From: an uncultured Pseudorhodobacter sp.
Lineage (GTDB): Bacteria; Pseudomonadota; Alphaproteobacteria; Rhodobacterales; Rhodobacteraceae
NCBI GenBank assembly: GCA_913062925.1
Contig: CAJXWJ010000008.1
Coordinates: forward strand, 3,907-67,906
Length of the DNA stretch: 64,000 nt
Direction: 5' to 3'
The position numbers and the translations under genes were made by a program. The notes below the pieces were generated by a model. It was not told the origin of the DNA and did not search any database. It saw only the letters and a list, made by a program, of their open reading frames with translations. Below are positions 36,636 to 47,177 of this stretch, one piece after another (within the stretch, counting starts at the first letter, position 1; every line of letters begins with the position of its first letter).

Positions 36636-38312
36636 ATGTCTATGAACGCTATGGAAGAATTTGAAGCCCTCTTGAAAGAGAGCTTCGAGATTGACACCCC
36701 CGAAGAGGGTACTGTTGTCAAAGGTAAGGTTATCGCGATTGAAGCGGGCCAAGCCATTATCGACGTCGGCTACAAGATGGAAGGCCGCATCGATCTTAAA
36801 GAATTTGCCAACCCAGGCGAGCTGCCAAACATCAACGTCGGCGACACTGTTGAAGTGTATCTGGACCGCGTTGAGAACGCTCGTGGCGAAGCTCAAATCT
36901 CGCGCGAGAAAGCTCGCCGCGAAGAAGCTTGGGACCGTCTGGAAAAGGCCTATGCCTCCGAGACCCGCGTCGATGGCGCGATCTTTGGTCGTGTCAAAGG
37001 CGGCTTTACCGTCGATCTGGGCGGCGCTGTTGCCTTCCTTCCTGGCAGCCAAGTCGACGTGCGCCCTGTGCGCGACGCAGGCCCGCTGATGGGCATGAAG
37101 CAGCCGTTCCAAATCCTGAAAATGGACCGTCGTCGTGGCAACATCGTTGTTTCGCGTCGTGCGATCCTTGAAGAAAGCCGTGCCGAGCAGCGCGCCGAAG
37201 TTATCGGCAACCTGACCGAAGGCCAAACCGTTGACGGCGTCGTCAAGAACATCACCGAATACGGTGCGTTTGTTGACTTGGGCGGCGTAGACGGCTTGCT
37301 GCACGTCACCGACATGGCATGGCGCCGTGTGAACCACCCGTCGGAAATTCTTGCCATCGGCGAGACCGTCAAGGTTCAGGTCATCAAGATCAACAAAGAC
37401 ACCCACCGCATCAGCCTTGGCATGAAGCAGTTGCAGTCCGACCCATGGGATGCCGTTGAAAAACTGTATGCTCTGGGCACCGTGCACAAGGGCCGTGTCA
37501 CCAACATCACCGATTACGGCGCCTTTGTAGAGCTGGAAGCCGGTGTTGAAGGTCTGGTTCACGTTTCGGAAATGTCCTGGACCAAAAAGAACGTCCACCC
37601 CGGCAAAATCGTTTCGACCAGCCAAGAAGTGGAAGTTATGGTTCTGGAAATCGACAGCACCAAGCGTCGCGTTTCCTTGGGCCTTAAGCAGACCCAGCGT
37701 AACCCATGGGAAGTCTTTGCCGAGACCCATCCAGTGGGCACCAATATCGAAGGCGAAGTTAAGAACATCACCGAATTCGGTCTGTTCGTTGGCCTTGATA
37801 ACGACATCGACGGCATGGTTCACCTGTCCGACCTGTCGTGGGACCAGCGCGGCGAAGAAGCCATTGCAAACTATCGCAAGGGCGACACCGTCACGGCGTC
37901 TGTTACCGAAGTTGACGTCGAGAAAGAGCGTATTTCGCTCTCGATCAAAGCTTTGGGCGAAGACACCTTCACCGATGCTGTTGATGGCGTGAAGCGTGGC
38001 GGTATCATCACCGTCGTCGTCACCGCGATCGAAGAAGGCGGCGTAGAAGTGGAATACAACGGCGCCAAGTCGTTCATCCGCCGTTCGGACCTGTCGCGCG
38101 ACCGCGCTGACCAGCGTCCCGAGCGTTTCAACGTCGGCGACAAGATCGACGTGCGCGTCACCAATATTGATCCAAAGACCCGCCGCATGGGTCTGTCGAT
38201 CAAGGCACGCGAGATCGCTGAAGAGAAAGAAGCTGTCGAGCAGTATGGCTCGTCCGATTCGGGCGCAAGCCTGGGCGACATCCTTGGCGCTGCTCTGAAG
38301 GGCGACAAGTAA
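36636..38312 (+). CDS. rpsA: 30S ribosomal protein S1
   Basis: Six S1 repeats (KNITEYGAFVDLGG, TNITDYGAFVEL, KNITEFGLFV); C-terminal GASLGDILGAAL. Confidence 0.98.
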   Translation: MSMNAMEEFEALLKESFEIDTPEEGTVVKGKVIAIEAGQAIIDVGYKMEGRIDLKEFANPGELPNINVGDTVEVYLDRVENARGEAQISREKARREEAWDRLEKAYASETRVDGAIFGRVKGGFTVDLGGAVAFLPGSQVDVRPVRDAGPLMGMKQPFQILKMDRRRGNIVVSRRAILEESRAEQRAEVIGNLTEGQTVDGVVKNITEYGAFVDLGGVDGLLHVTDMAWRRVNHPSEILAIGETVKVQVIKINKDTHRISLGMKQLQSDPWDAVEKLYALGTVHKGRVTNITDYGAFVELEAGVEGLVHVSEMSWTKKNVHPGKIVSTSQEVEVMVLEIDSTKRRVSLGLKQTQRNPWEVFAETHPVGTNIEGEVKNITEFGLFVGLDNDIDGMVHLSDLSWDQRGEEAIANYRKGDTVTASVTEVDVEKERISLSIKALGEDTFTDAVDGVKRGGIITVVVTAIEEGGVEVEYNGAKSFIRRSDLSRDRADQRPERFNVGDKIDVRVTNIDPKTRRMGLSIKAREIAEEKEAVEQYGSSDSGASLGDILGAALKGDK

Positions 38313-38337
38313 GCCTTCCGCTGTTCGCGGTAACAAA

Positions 38338-38372
38338 AAGGGGCCCCGTTTCACGACGGGGCCCTTTGCTTT
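38338..38372 (+). terminator. Rho-independent terminator after rpsA
   Basis: GGGCCCCGT-TTCACG-ACGGGGCCC followed by TTTGCTTT. Confidence 0.75.
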
Positions 38373-38495
38373 GGCGGGCTTAGGTCTTAATTTTGTTTGT
38401 GCGATGGGAAATTATCCCTATAGTCCAAAGGCAACAGCGTGGAACGGCCCAGAATCCCGCGAATTGGGACGGGGACCACTAGGGGGAATTTGCGG

Positions 38496-38777
38496 ATGAT
38501 CCGATCTGAATTGATCCAAAAAATTGCGGATGAAAATCCGCATCTGACACAGCGCCATGTCGAACGCATCGTCAACACCGTGTTTGAAGAAATCATTGAT
38601 GCTTTGGCCAAGGGTGACCGCGTAGAATTGCGCGGCTTTGGGGCGTTTTCGGTCAAGGCGCGCGATGCGCGGATCGGGCGCAACCCGCGCACGGGCGAAG
38701 CGGTTCAGGTGGAAGATAAAAAGGTGCCGTTCTTTAAAACCGGCAAACTGCTGCGCGATCGGCTGAACGGCAAGTAA
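38496..38777 (+). CDS. ihfB: Integration host factor beta subunit
   Basis: [22 protein letters not shown] and GRNPRTG motifs. Confidence 0.97.
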   Translation: MIRSELIQKIADENPHLTQRHVERIVNTVFEEIIDALAKGDRVELRGFGAFSVKARDARIGRNPRTGEAVQVEDKKVPFFKTGKLLRDRLNGK

Positions 38778-38840
38778 CGGGGCTTGCCACGGCGCGCCCC
38801 TGCCCCGATATTGGTGGGGCAGCATAAAAAGGGCGGGCCC

Positions 38841-39197
38841 ATGCTTCGATATTTGCGCTATCTTGTCTTGGCTGTGATTGCCGTGGTTTTGGTGACGATG
38901 GCCTTGGCCAATCGTAATCTGGTTCTGATAAAACTGATGCCGGATGATCTGGCCGCGATGCTGGGGCGCAATTTTCAGATCGAGTTGCCGCTATTTCTGG
39001 TGATGTTTGGTGGCATCGTTAGCGGCGTCCTGATCGGTTTTATCTGGGAATGGGCGCGCGAACACAAACACCGCCGCACCGCCAAGGGCGCAAGTAAGCA
39101 GGTCAGCCGACTTGAACGCGAATTGGCCGCGATGCGCGACGCAACATCACTGCCACAAGACGATGTCTTGGCGCTGCTTGATAAGCCGAAAGCCTGA
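38841..39197 (+). CDS. lapA: LapA (DUF1049) family membrane protein
   Basis: Two TM segments, LPLFLV.F.G...G.LIG..WE; syntenic after ihfB. Confidence 0.8.
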   Translation: MLRYLRYLVLAVIAVVLVTMALANRNLVLIKLMPDDLAAMLGRNFQIELPLFLVMFGGIVSGVLIGFIWEWAREHKHRRTAKGASKQVSRLERELAAMRDATSLPQDDVLALLDKPKA

Positions 39198-39200
39198 ACC

Positions 39201-39863
39201 TTGGTCGATATTCGCGTAAAAATCTGCGGGCTGCGCACAGTGGCCGATGTCGAGGCCGTGGCCAAGGCGGGGGCGGCCTATATGGGGTTGGTATTTTACC
39301 CCAAAAGCCCGCGCAACCTAAGCCTGCCCGAGGCGCGGGCGCTGGCGCTTGCGGCCCCGCTTGGGCTGGCAAAGGTGGCGCTGGTGGTCAATGCCGATAA
39401 CGCGGCTTTGGATGCGATTACCGAGGCGATGCCGCTGGATATGCTGCAACTGCATGGCCATGAGAGCCCCGAGCGGGTGGCAGAGGTGCGCGCACGTTAT
39501 GGCCTGCCGGTGATGAAGGCGATCGGTGTCGCTGATGAGGGCGATCTGGCGGATTTGATGGAGTATTCTTTGGTTGCCGATCAACTGCTGATTGACGCCA
39601 AACCGCCGAAAGACCACGCCCTGCCCGGCGGCAATGGCCTGAGCTTTGACTGGCGGCTGGTGGCGCAGCGGCGCTGGTTGCGGCCTTGGATGCTGGCGGG
39701 GGGATTGACAGCGGCCAATGTCGCCGAGGCGATCCGACTGACCAATGCGCGGCAGGTGGATCTGTCCTCGGGGGTGGAAACCGCGCCGGGGGTGAAGGAT
39801 GCCGGCATGATCCGTGCGTTTATGGCGGCGGTGGCACAAGACGGCCCGCCTATACTGCGCTGA
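39201..39863 (+). CDS. trpF: Phosphoribosylanthranilate isomerase
   Basis: [15 protein letters not shown].......PGGNG.SFDW, LAGGL and DLSSGVE motifs. Confidence 0.95.
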   Translation: MVDIRVKICGLRTVADVEAVAKAGAAYMGLVFYPKSPRNLSLPEARALALAAPLGLAKVALVVNADNAALDAITEAMPLDMLQLHGHESPERVAEVRARYGLPVMKAIGVADEGDLADLMEYSLVADQLLIDAKPPKDHALPGGNGLSFDWRLVAQRRWLRPWMLAGGLTAANVAEAIRLTNARQVDLSSGVETAPGVKDAGMIRAFMAAVAQDGPPILR

Positions 39864-39887
39864 GGCGCTGGGGTCAGGCGGGATTAT

Positions 39888-39922
39888 GCCTCCGGCGGGG
39901 ATATTTTTGCCAAGATGAAAGC
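39888..39922 (+). repeat. REP-like 35-bp intergenic repeat
   Basis: GCCTCCGGCGGGGATATTTTTGCCAAGATGAAAGC. Confidence 0.8.
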
Positions 39923-39925
39923 GGA

Positions 39926-40162
39926 TCAGAAGGCTTTGAAGGTCATCGTGGTCAGGGTGCGGACGATGCCGTCGATGTCGAAGAGTTTTTCTGACAGGTA
40001 ATGGCCGACGTCTGAGCCATCGGGGATGTAGATTTTCGCGATCAGGTCATATTCGCCGCTGGTCGAATAGAGTTCCGAGACCACTTCGCGGTCGTAGATT
40101 GCGGTGGCGACCTGATAGGTTTTGCCGGGGGTGCAGCGGAATTGGACGAATACGCAGATCAT
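39926..40162 (-). CDS. Stand-alone Lrp/AsnC ligand-binding (RAM) domain protein
   Basis: 78 aa; ELYSTSGEYDLIAK and I.GIVRTLT motifs; no HTH. Confidence 0.85.
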   Translation of the reverse strand: MICVFVQFRCTPGKTYQVATAIYDREVVSELYSTSGEYDLIAKIYIPDGSDVGHYLSEKLFDIDGIVRTLTTMTFKAF

Positions 40163-40225
40163 TTTGGCCTCACGTGGGGTTTTTGTTAGCCTAGCGCTTT
40201 GTGGGCGGCTGTCTAGGGATCAGGG

Positions 40226-41782
40226 TCAGCTTGGCTCTTGGCTTTGCAAGGTCAGCGGCACTGAGAGCGGTTTGAGATCGGCGACGCTGAGGCCTGCGAC
40301 GGGGCGGGCAAGCCGGTTGCGCACCACCCACATCAGCCGGTTCTCGGCCCGGGTGATGGCGACATAGGCCAAGCGTTTCCACAGCGGCACGCCAGCTTCG
40401 GAGCGGCCTGCCATGGCGGCGGCGTAAAGATCGGGTGCGAAGACCTGCACGGTTTCCCATTGGCTGCCTTGGGCTTTGTGGATGGTGACAGCGGCGCCAT
40501 GCAGAAAGGCGGCTCCCATGGTGGCGGCCGAAGGGATGAAGGGTTCGTCTTCATCCGGGCGTTCGATCTTGATGATCGAGGCGGCAGAGACCTGCGGATC
40601 TTCGGCACCGACGACATGGATTTTGGCAAAGCCTGGCCTGCTGCCGGGGCCAAGGTAGATGACTTGTGCGCCTTTGATCAGGCCGCGGGCTTCGAGATCA
40701 ATGCGTTTTTTGCGGTGCTTGAGCGGCAGCTCGATGCCGTCGCAGACCAGCGGCTCGCCTGCCAGCAATTCATCATCCGGCGCGCCATGGGCGGCACGAA
40801 AGGCGGTGATCAGGCGGATGCGGGTGGCATTGCGCCAGACCAGCACCGGCGAGCGCGCCATCAGATCGGCATCGACGCGTTCGGCCCAGACAACGCGGTC
40901 GTCTTTGCGCGCAGCCGTTTCCACCATGCGTTCGAAGTCTTCGAAGCCAAGCGCGGGATCGGCCAGCGCATGGGCAAGATCGAGGATCGGGTTGTCTTGT
41001 TCTTGGCGGTGAATGCGGCTGAGGGTGAGCTTGCGCCCCTCGCCCAGTCGGTCAAACACCATTTCGCCCGAGAGGCCAACGGGAGCGAGCTGTGCGGGGT
41101 CGCCAAAGAGCACAAGCGTCGGAAAAATCTCGCGCAGATCGGTCAGGGCGCGTTCATCCAGCATCGAGGATTCGTCGACAAAGCCGATATCAAGCGGTTC
41201 TTCGCGCCGCTTCCAGCCCTTGATGAAATCAGAGCCGCGCAGACCAGCGGCGGCCAGCGCACCCGGCACAGAGGCGACGGTTTGATAAAACGCATGCGCA
41301 CGGTCAAGGGCGAGTTCGGTCAGGCCTTCGATCACCGGGCGATTGCCCTGCCCTGTCAGCCATTCGGCGATCTTTTCATACTGCGGATCATAGACCGGCG
41401 TGTAAAGAATGCGGTGAATGGTGGTGGCGGGCACGCCGCGCATCCGCAGCACCGAGGCTGCCTTATTGGTGGGGGCCAAAATCGCCAAGGTGCGGCGATC
41501 TTTGCGCTTTTTCGGCTCGTAATCGCCCGAGACCAGATCAACACCCGTGGCCGCCAGCGCCTTATAGAGGCTGGCGAGCAGCATGGTTTTGCCCGACCCC
41601 GCTTTGCCGACCACCGCCAGAACCGAAGCCTTGGCTTCGGACATCGGCGAAAGGCTGGCATTGGCCAGATCAATGCCAGCGGCAAAAAGCTCGGCTGCGA
41701 CGCGATCATAGGCCTCGGCCTGATCCTCGGAGAAGACCAGCGCGGGGGCTTGAGTGGCGGCGGGGGCGAGGCTTTGGGTCAT
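40226..41782 (-). CDS. RecD-like SF1B DNA helicase (AAA_30/UvrD_C)
   Basis: GKAGSGKT, APTNKAA, TIHR, VDESSM, GDPAQL.PV, TIHKAQGSQW and YVAITRA motifs. Confidence 0.9.
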   Translation of the reverse strand: MTQSLAPAATQAPALVFSEDQAEAYDRVAAELFAAGIDLANASLSPMSEAKASVLAVVGKAGSGKTMLLASLYKALAATGVDLVSGDYEPKKRKDRRTLAILAPTNKAASVLRMRGVPATTIHRILYTPVYDPQYEKIAEWLTGQGNRPVIEGLTELALDRAHAFYQTVASVPGALAAAGLRGSDFIKGWKRREEPLDIGFVDESSMLDERALTDLREIFPTLVLFGDPAQLAPVGLSGEMVFDRLGEGRKLTLSRIHRQEQDNPILDLAHALADPALGFEDFERMVETAARKDDRVVWAERVDADLMARSPVLVWRNATRIRLITAFRAAHGAPDDELLAGEPLVCDGIELPLKHRKKRIDLEARGLIKGAQVIYLGPGSRPGFAKIHVVGAEDPQVSAASIIKIERPDEDEPFIPSAATMGAAFLHGAAVTIHKAQGSQWETVQVFAPDLYAAAMAGRSEAGVPLWKRLAYVAITRAENRLMWVVRNRLARPVAGLSVADLKPLSVPLTLQSQEPS

Positions 41783-41855
41783 GGCGCGACCATAGGCGAT
41801 GTGCGGCGCAAGGGCCAGAGCCCGCAAGCGGGGAGCAGATCGCCCCCCGCTGCGC

Positions 41856-43148
41856 TTAGCGGTTCAGGCTTGCGTCCAGCGTGTCTTCGAAGGTGCGCAG
41901 GCCTGTGCGCGGGGCCTGCACCAGCACTGCCATATTGCCGGGCTTGTGCTTGTTCTGGCGCATCAGCATATGGGCGGCGGGGATTTCGGCCCAAGGGAAG
42001 ACCTCGGACATATAGGGGTCGATCCGGCGCTCGATCATCAGTTTGTTGGCGGCAGAGGCCTGCTTTAGATGCGCGAAATGGCTGCCTTGAAGGCGCTTTT
42101 GGTGCATCCACATATAGCGGACGTCAAAGGTGCAGTTAAAGCCAGAGGTGCCGGCACAGATCACCACCATGCCGCCCTTTTTGCACACCAGCGACGAGAC
42201 CGGAAAGGTCGCCTCGCCGGGATGTTCAAACACCATATCAACGTTGACGCCCTTGCCGGTGATATCCCAGATCGCCTTGCCAAAGCGGCGAGCCTCTTTC
42301 AGCCAAGCGTTATATTCGGGGGTGTTGACGGTGGGCATTTGGCCCCAGCAGTTGAAATCTTTGCGGTTGATCACGCCTTTTGCGCCCAAGGCCATCACGA
42401 AATCGCGTTTGTCCTCTTCGGAAATCACCCCGATGGCATTGCCGCCTGCGGTGTTGATCAGCTGGATCGCATAAGAGCCAAGCCCGCCCGAGGCGCCCCA
42501 GACCAGCACGTTTTGCCCCGGTTTCAGATCATGCGGTTCATGGCCGAACAGCATGCGGTAGGCGGTGGCAAGCGTCAGGGTATAGCAGGCACTTTCCTCC
42601 CAGGTCAGATGGCGCGGGCGCGGCATCAGCTGTTGCGCCTGCACGCGGGTGAATTGCGAGAAAGACCCGTCTGGCGTCTCGTAGCCCCAGATCCGCTGGC
42701 TGGGCGAGAACATCGGATCGCCGCCGTTGCATTCCTCATCGTCGCCGTCGTCTTGGTTGCAATGCACCACGACCTCGTCGCCGACCTTCCAGCGTTTGAC
42801 CTTATCGCCCACAGCCCAAACAATGCCCGCGGCATCCGAGCCTGCGACGTGATAGGGCTGTTTGTGGCCGTCAAAGGGGCTGATCGGCACGCCAAGTGCC
42901 GCCCAGACGCCGTTGTAATTCACCCCGGCGGCCATCACCAAGACCAAGACCTCGTTGCTGTCGATCGCCCAAGTGTCCACCACTTCGACCTGCATCGCGG
43001 TATCGGGTTCGCCGTGACGGTCTTGACGGATCGCCCAAGCATACATTTTGGCCGGCACATGGCCCAGAGGCGGCATCTCGCCGACCTCGTAAAGGTCTTT
43101 CACCGCAGCCTCATAGGGGGTGATTGCCGAAGCGGTATCCAAAGCCAT
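41856..43148 (-). CDS. ccr: Crotonyl-CoA carboxylase/reductase
   Basis: KDLYEVGE.PPLGHVP, AAGVNYNGVWA, IWGYETPDGSF and WMHQKRLQGSHFA motifs. Confidence 0.96.
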   Translation of the reverse strand: MALDTASAITPYEAAVKDLYEVGEMPPLGHVPAKMYAWAIRQDRHGEPDTAMQVEVVDTWAIDSNEVLVLVMAAGVNYNGVWAALGVPISPFDGHKQPYHVAGSDAAGIVWAVGDKVKRWKVGDEVVVHCNQDDGDDEECNGGDPMFSPSQRIWGYETPDGSFSQFTRVQAQQLMPRPRHLTWEESACYTLTLATAYRMLFGHEPHDLKPGQNVLVWGASGGLGSYAIQLINTAGGNAIGVISEEDKRDFVMALGAKGVINRKDFNCWGQMPTVNTPEYNAWLKEARRFGKAIWDITGKGVNVDMVFEHPGEATFPVSSLVCKKGGMVVICAGTSGFNCTFDVRYMWMHQKRLQGSHFAHLKQASAANKLMIERRIDPYMSEVFPWAEIPAAHMLMRQNKHKPGNMAVLVQAPRTGLRTFEDTLDASLNR

Positions 43149-43350
43149 TGCTGCCTCCATCTTCATGCCGCGCCGCAGAATCGGCCGGGTTAGAGGATAG
43201 ATAGAAGGTGTTCGCGCAACAATGCAATAGTTTAATTGCCATATTTTGTAATTTTATGTCCGCCGCATCGCAGCGAATTGACACTTGCCAATTGTTGCGC
43301 TTAGTGATGCAGTAACGAAACAATGTTACCTTTCAGCGCCCGAGGCCCAA

Positions 43351-45309
43351 ATGACCGTCAGCAAAGACAAACCTTGGCTTTTCCGCACCTATGCGGGCCA
43401 TTCCACTGCGGCGGCCTCGAATGCGCTTTATCGCAGCAATCTGGCCAAGGGGCAGACCGGGCTTTCGGTGGCCTTTGATCTGCCCACGCAGACCGGCTAT
43501 GATTCTGATCACATCCTTGCGCAGGGCGAGGTTGGCAAAGTCGGCGTGCCGGTCAGTCACTTGGGCGATATGCGGGCGCTGTTTGACGGCATTCCGCTGG
43601 ACCAGATGAACACCTCGATGACGATCAATGCCACAGCGCCTTGGCTGCTGGCGCTTTATATCGCGGTGGCCGAGGAACAAGGCGCAGATGTGTCAGCCCT
43701 GCAAGGCACGGTGCAAAACGATATCATCAAGGAATATCTGTCGCGCGGCACCTATATTTGCCCGCCCGCGCCCAGCCTGCGGATGATCACCGATGTCGCC
43801 GCCTATACCCAAAGCCATTTGCCAAAATGGAACCCGATGAACGTCTGTTCCTATCATCTGCAAGAGGCAGGGGCGACGCCAGAACAGGAACTTGCCTTTG
43901 CGCTGGCCACGGCCTGCGCGGTGCTGGACGATCTGCGCGGCAAAGTCTCGGCGGCGGATTTTCCCAATATGGTTGGGCGGATTTCGTTTTTCGTCAACGC
44001 AGGCATCCGCTTTGTCACCGAGCTGTGCAAGATGCGCGCCTTTGTCGAGCTGTGGGACGAGATCTGCGAAAGCCGCTACGGCATCACCGAGGCGAAATAC
44101 CGCCGCTTTCGCTATGGGGTGCAGGTGAATTCGCTGGGGCTGACCGAACAGCAGCCTGAAAACAACGTCTACCGGATCTTGATCGAAATGCTGGCGGTGA
44201 CGCTGTCGAAAAACGCCCGCGCGCGCGCGGTGCAGCTGCCGGCCTGGAACGAAGCGCTTGGCCTGCCGCGGCCTTGGGATCAGCAATGGTCGCTGCGGAT
44301 GCAGCAGATCTTGGCCTATGAAACCGACCTGTTGGAATATGACGATCTGTTTGACGGCAACCCCGCGATCGAGCGCAAGGTCACGACGCTGAAAACAGGC
44401 GCTTTGGCGGAGCTGGCGCAGATTGACGCGATGGGCGGGGCGGTTGCGGCGATTGACTATATGAAGGGCCGGCTGGTCGAGGCCAATGCCGAGCGCATCG
44501 CCAAGATTGAAAGCAAAGAGACCACGGTTGTGGGGGTGAATGCTTGGGTGCAGACCACACCAAGCCCGCTGACCGCAGGCGATGGCGCGATCATGCAGGC
44601 CGACCCTGCGGCAGAGGCCGATCAGATCGCAAGATTGCAGGCCTGGCGACAGGGGCGCAGCGCCGCAGCCATCGAGGCTGCGCTCGCCGCGCTGCGCAGC
44701 GCCGCGCAGGGGGGCGCCAATATCATGCCGGCCTCGATTGCGGCGGCCAAGGCGGGGGTGACCACCGGCGAATGGGCCGCTGTGCTGCGCGAAGCCTTTG
44801 GCGAATACCGCGCGCCCACCGGCGTGTCGCGCAGCCCGTCCAACCGCACCGAAGGGTTAGAGCCGATCCGCGAGGCGGTGCAGGCGGTCTCGGCCAAACT
44901 GGGGCGGCCGCTGAAGTTTCTGGTCGGCAAGCCGGGGCTGGATGGCCATTCCAACGGTGCCGAACAAATCGCTGCGCGCGCGCGCGATTGCGGCATGGAG
45001 ATCCATTATGAGGGCATCCGCCTGACCCCCGCCGAGATCGTCAGCGCAGCCATCGCCCAAAAGGCGCATGTGGTGGGGTTGTCGATCCTGTCGGGCAGTC
45101 ACATCGCCCTGATCCGCGATGTGCTGACGCGGATGCGGGCCGAGGCGCTGGATCTGCCCTTGGTGGTGGGTGGCATCATCCCAGAGGAAGACGCCACCGC
45201 TCTGCGCGCAATGGGGGTGGCGGCGGTCTATACGCCCAAGGATTTCGAGCTGAACCGCATCATGATGGACATCGTGACGCTGGCCGACCCGAACCCCTCT
45301 GCCGCCTAA
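43351..45309 (+). CDS. ecm: Ethylmalonyl-CoA mutase (B12-dependent, MeaA)
   Basis: PWLFRTYAGHS, GLSVAFDLPTQTGYD and KPGLDGHSNG B12-binding motif; divergent from ccr. Confidence 0.95.
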   Translation: MTVSKDKPWLFRTYAGHSTAAASNALYRSNLAKGQTGLSVAFDLPTQTGYDSDHILAQGEVGKVGVPVSHLGDMRALFDGIPLDQMNTSMTINATAPWLLALYIAVAEEQGADVSALQGTVQNDIIKEYLSRGTYICPPAPSLRMITDVAAYTQSHLPKWNPMNVCSYHLQEAGATPEQELAFALATACAVLDDLRGKVSAADFPNMVGRISFFVNAGIRFVTELCKMRAFVELWDEICESRYGITEAKYRRFRYGVQVNSLGLTEQQPENNVYRILIEMLAVTLSKNARARAVQLPAWNEALGLPRPWDQQWSLRMQQILAYETDLLEYDDLFDGNPAIERKVTTLKTGALAELAQIDAMGGAVAAIDYMKGRLVEANAERIAKIESKETTVVGVNAWVQTTPSPLTAGDGAIMQADPAAEADQIARLQAWRQGRSAAAIEAALAALRSAAQGGANIMPASIAAAKAGVTTGEWAAVLREAFGEYRAPTGVSRSPSNRTEGLEPIREAVQAVSAKLGRPLKFLVGKPGLDGHSNGAEQIAARARDCGMEIHYEGIRLTPAEIVSAAIAQKAHVVGLSILSGSHIALIRDVLTRMRAEALDLPLVVGGIIPEEDATALRAMGVAAVYTPKDFELNRIMMDIVTLADPNPSAA

Positions 45310-45315
45310 GCCCGA

Positions 45316-46206
45316 TCAGCCCATCCGTTCAGAGGCATAAGACCCAGGCGAGGCCGGGAACACCACGGTTTTATTGCCGTTTTGGAACACGCGGTTGTGG
45401 ATATGGGCGTGGATCGCACGCGCCAGAACCTGACATTCAACGTCGCGGCCAAGGCTGACGTAATCTTCGGCACTTTGAGCATGGGTGACGCGGATGGTGT
45501 CTTGCTCGATGATCGGACCCTCATCGAGATCGGTGGTGACATAATGCGAGGTGGCGCCAATCAGTTTGACGCCGCGCTCGTAGGCCTGCTTATAGGGGTT
45601 CGCGCCTTTGAACGAGGGCAAGAAAGAGTGGTGAATATTGATGATCCGGCCCGACATCTTTTGGCACATCTCTTCGGACAGGATCTGCATATAGCGCGCC
45701 AGCACGATCAGCTCGGCACCTGCCTCTTCGACCACCCGCATGATCGCGGATTCGGCGGTGGGTTTGTTTTCCTTGGTGACTTTGATGCAGTGGAAGGGGA
45801 TGTCTTGGTTCACCACAACCTTTTGATAATCCATATGGTTTGAAATCACCGCCACGATGTCCACCGGCAAAGACCCAATCCGGCAGCGATAAAGCAGATC
45901 GTTCAGGCAATGGCCAAAGCGGCTGACCATGATCACCACTTTCATCTTGGCGGCCTCGTCATGGAACTTATAGGTCATGCCAAAGGGGGCCGCGATGGCG
46001 GCAAAGCCGTCTTGCAGCTGCGCCAGCGTTGCGCCGGTTTCGCTGGTAAAGCTGACGCGCATAAAGAAATTGCTGGTCTCGACATCATCATATTGCGAGC
46101 TGTCGGTGATATTGCCGCCATTTTCGGCAAGAAACGTCGCAATCGCGGCGACAATGCCACGCGAGGAAACACAGGTAACGGTAAGGCAATAGCGGCTCAT
46201 AGACAT
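45316..46206 (-). CDS. purU: Formyltetrahydrofolate deformylase
   Basis: N-terminal ACT domain; VSRFGHCL.DL, VLARYMQILS, INIHHSFLPSFKGA.PY.QA and DEGPIIEQ motifs. Confidence 0.96.
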   Translation of the reverse strand: MSMSRYCLTVTCVSSRGIVAAIATFLAENGGNITDSSQYDDVETSNFFMRVSFTSETGATLAQLQDGFAAIAAPFGMTYKFHDEAAKMKVVIMVSRFGHCLNDLLYRCRIGSLPVDIVAVISNHMDYQKVVVNQDIPFHCIKVTKENKPTAESAIMRVVEEAGAELIVLARYMQILSEEMCQKMSGRIINIHHSFLPSFKGANPYKQAYERGVKLIGATSHYVTTDLDEGPIIEQDTIRVTHAQSAEDYVSLGRDVECQVLARAIHAHIHNRVFQNGNKTVVFPASPGSYASERMG

Positions 46207-46418
46207 CCCTTTTCGGACAGATTTCGGCGCAAGATCGCATGCACGCGACAGCAGGTTAAGAGCACAACCGCAGCTTTTTCTGCGCCTGCATAGCAAAGAC
46301 TCTGCGGGACGGAACGCTTTGTCGCTTATCGGAAACCGGCATTGCCCTTGATTTTCCGACATTGCCGCGCAAAGGCTGGGGCAAGGCCGTGCGCGGCGCA
46401 GACAAAAGGGGCGAATCC

Positions 46419-47123
46419 ATGACATTTCACATCGGGGCCAAAGCGGGCGAGATTGCCGAAACCGTGCTGCTGCCCGGCGACCCCTATCGCGCACGCTGGG
46501 CGGCACAGACCTATCTGGAAAATCCGGTGCTGGTGAACGAGGTGCGCGGCATGCTGGGCTATACCGGCACATGGCGCGGCCACCGCGTCACCATCCACGG
46601 CTCGGGGATGGGGATGCCGTCGCTGTCGATCTATGCCACCGAGTTGATGAAGGATTACGGCGCGCAAACCTTGATCCGCATCGGCTCGGCGGGGGCCTTG
46701 CAGCATCATGTCAAAGTCCGCGATGTGGTTTTGGCGCAGACCGCCAGCACCAATGGCTCGCCCTCGCGCAGCATTTTCCGCGAGATGAACTTTGCGCCCT
46801 GCGCCGATTTCGGGCTGCTTTCGGCCGCCCATGCCTGCGCGCAAAAGATCGGGGTGCCGGTGCATGTTGGCGGGATTTATTCGTCAGATACCTTTTACGA
46901 CGAACGCCAAGACCTGTCAGATCAGCTGCAGCGCCACGGCACGCTTTGCGTCGAGATGGAGGCCGCCGAGCTTTACATGCTGGCCGCGCGCTATCAGCGC
47001 CGCGCCTTGGCTGTGCTGACGATTTCCGACCATATCCTGACCCACGAGGCCCTGCCCGCCGATCAGCGCGAAACCAGCTTTGGCGCGATGGTCGAGGTGG
47101 CGCTTCACGCCGCCTTTGCCTGA
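46419..47123 (+). CDS. deoD: Purine-nucleoside phosphorylase (DeoD type)
   Basis: [24 protein letters not shown] and VEMEAA motifs. Confidence 0.95.
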   Translation: MTFHIGAKAGEIAETVLLPGDPYRARWAAQTYLENPVLVNEVRGMLGYTGTWRGHRVTIHGSGMGMPSLSIYATELMKDYGAQTLIRIGSAGALQHHVKVRDVVLAQTASTNGSPSRSIFREMNFAPCADFGLLSAAHACAQKIGVPVHVGGIYSSDTFYDERQDLSDQLQRHGTLCVEMEAAELYMLAARYQRRALAVLTISDHILTHEALPADQRETSFGAMVEVALHAAFA

Positions 47124-47177
47124 TCCTGCCTTGACCTAAGCCGGCCAGGGGTGTCTTTTGCGCCAAAGCAGGAGAGA

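Noticed and set aside
36477-38354. 625-aa minus-strand ORF opposite rpsA
   Set aside because: Stop-free antisense frame caused by strong codon bias of a highly expressed gene; no motifs
40226-41782. RecD-like helicase as a possible anti-phage defence gene
   Set aside because: No nuclease or other defence partner nearby; it sits in a housekeeping context (Lrp domain, ccr) typical of this family
45316-46572. N-terminal extensions of purU, miaB, lnt, mdh, mcl2 and other genes in the ORF track
   Set aside because: They come from upstream alternative starts; RBS and family N-termini support the shorter genes
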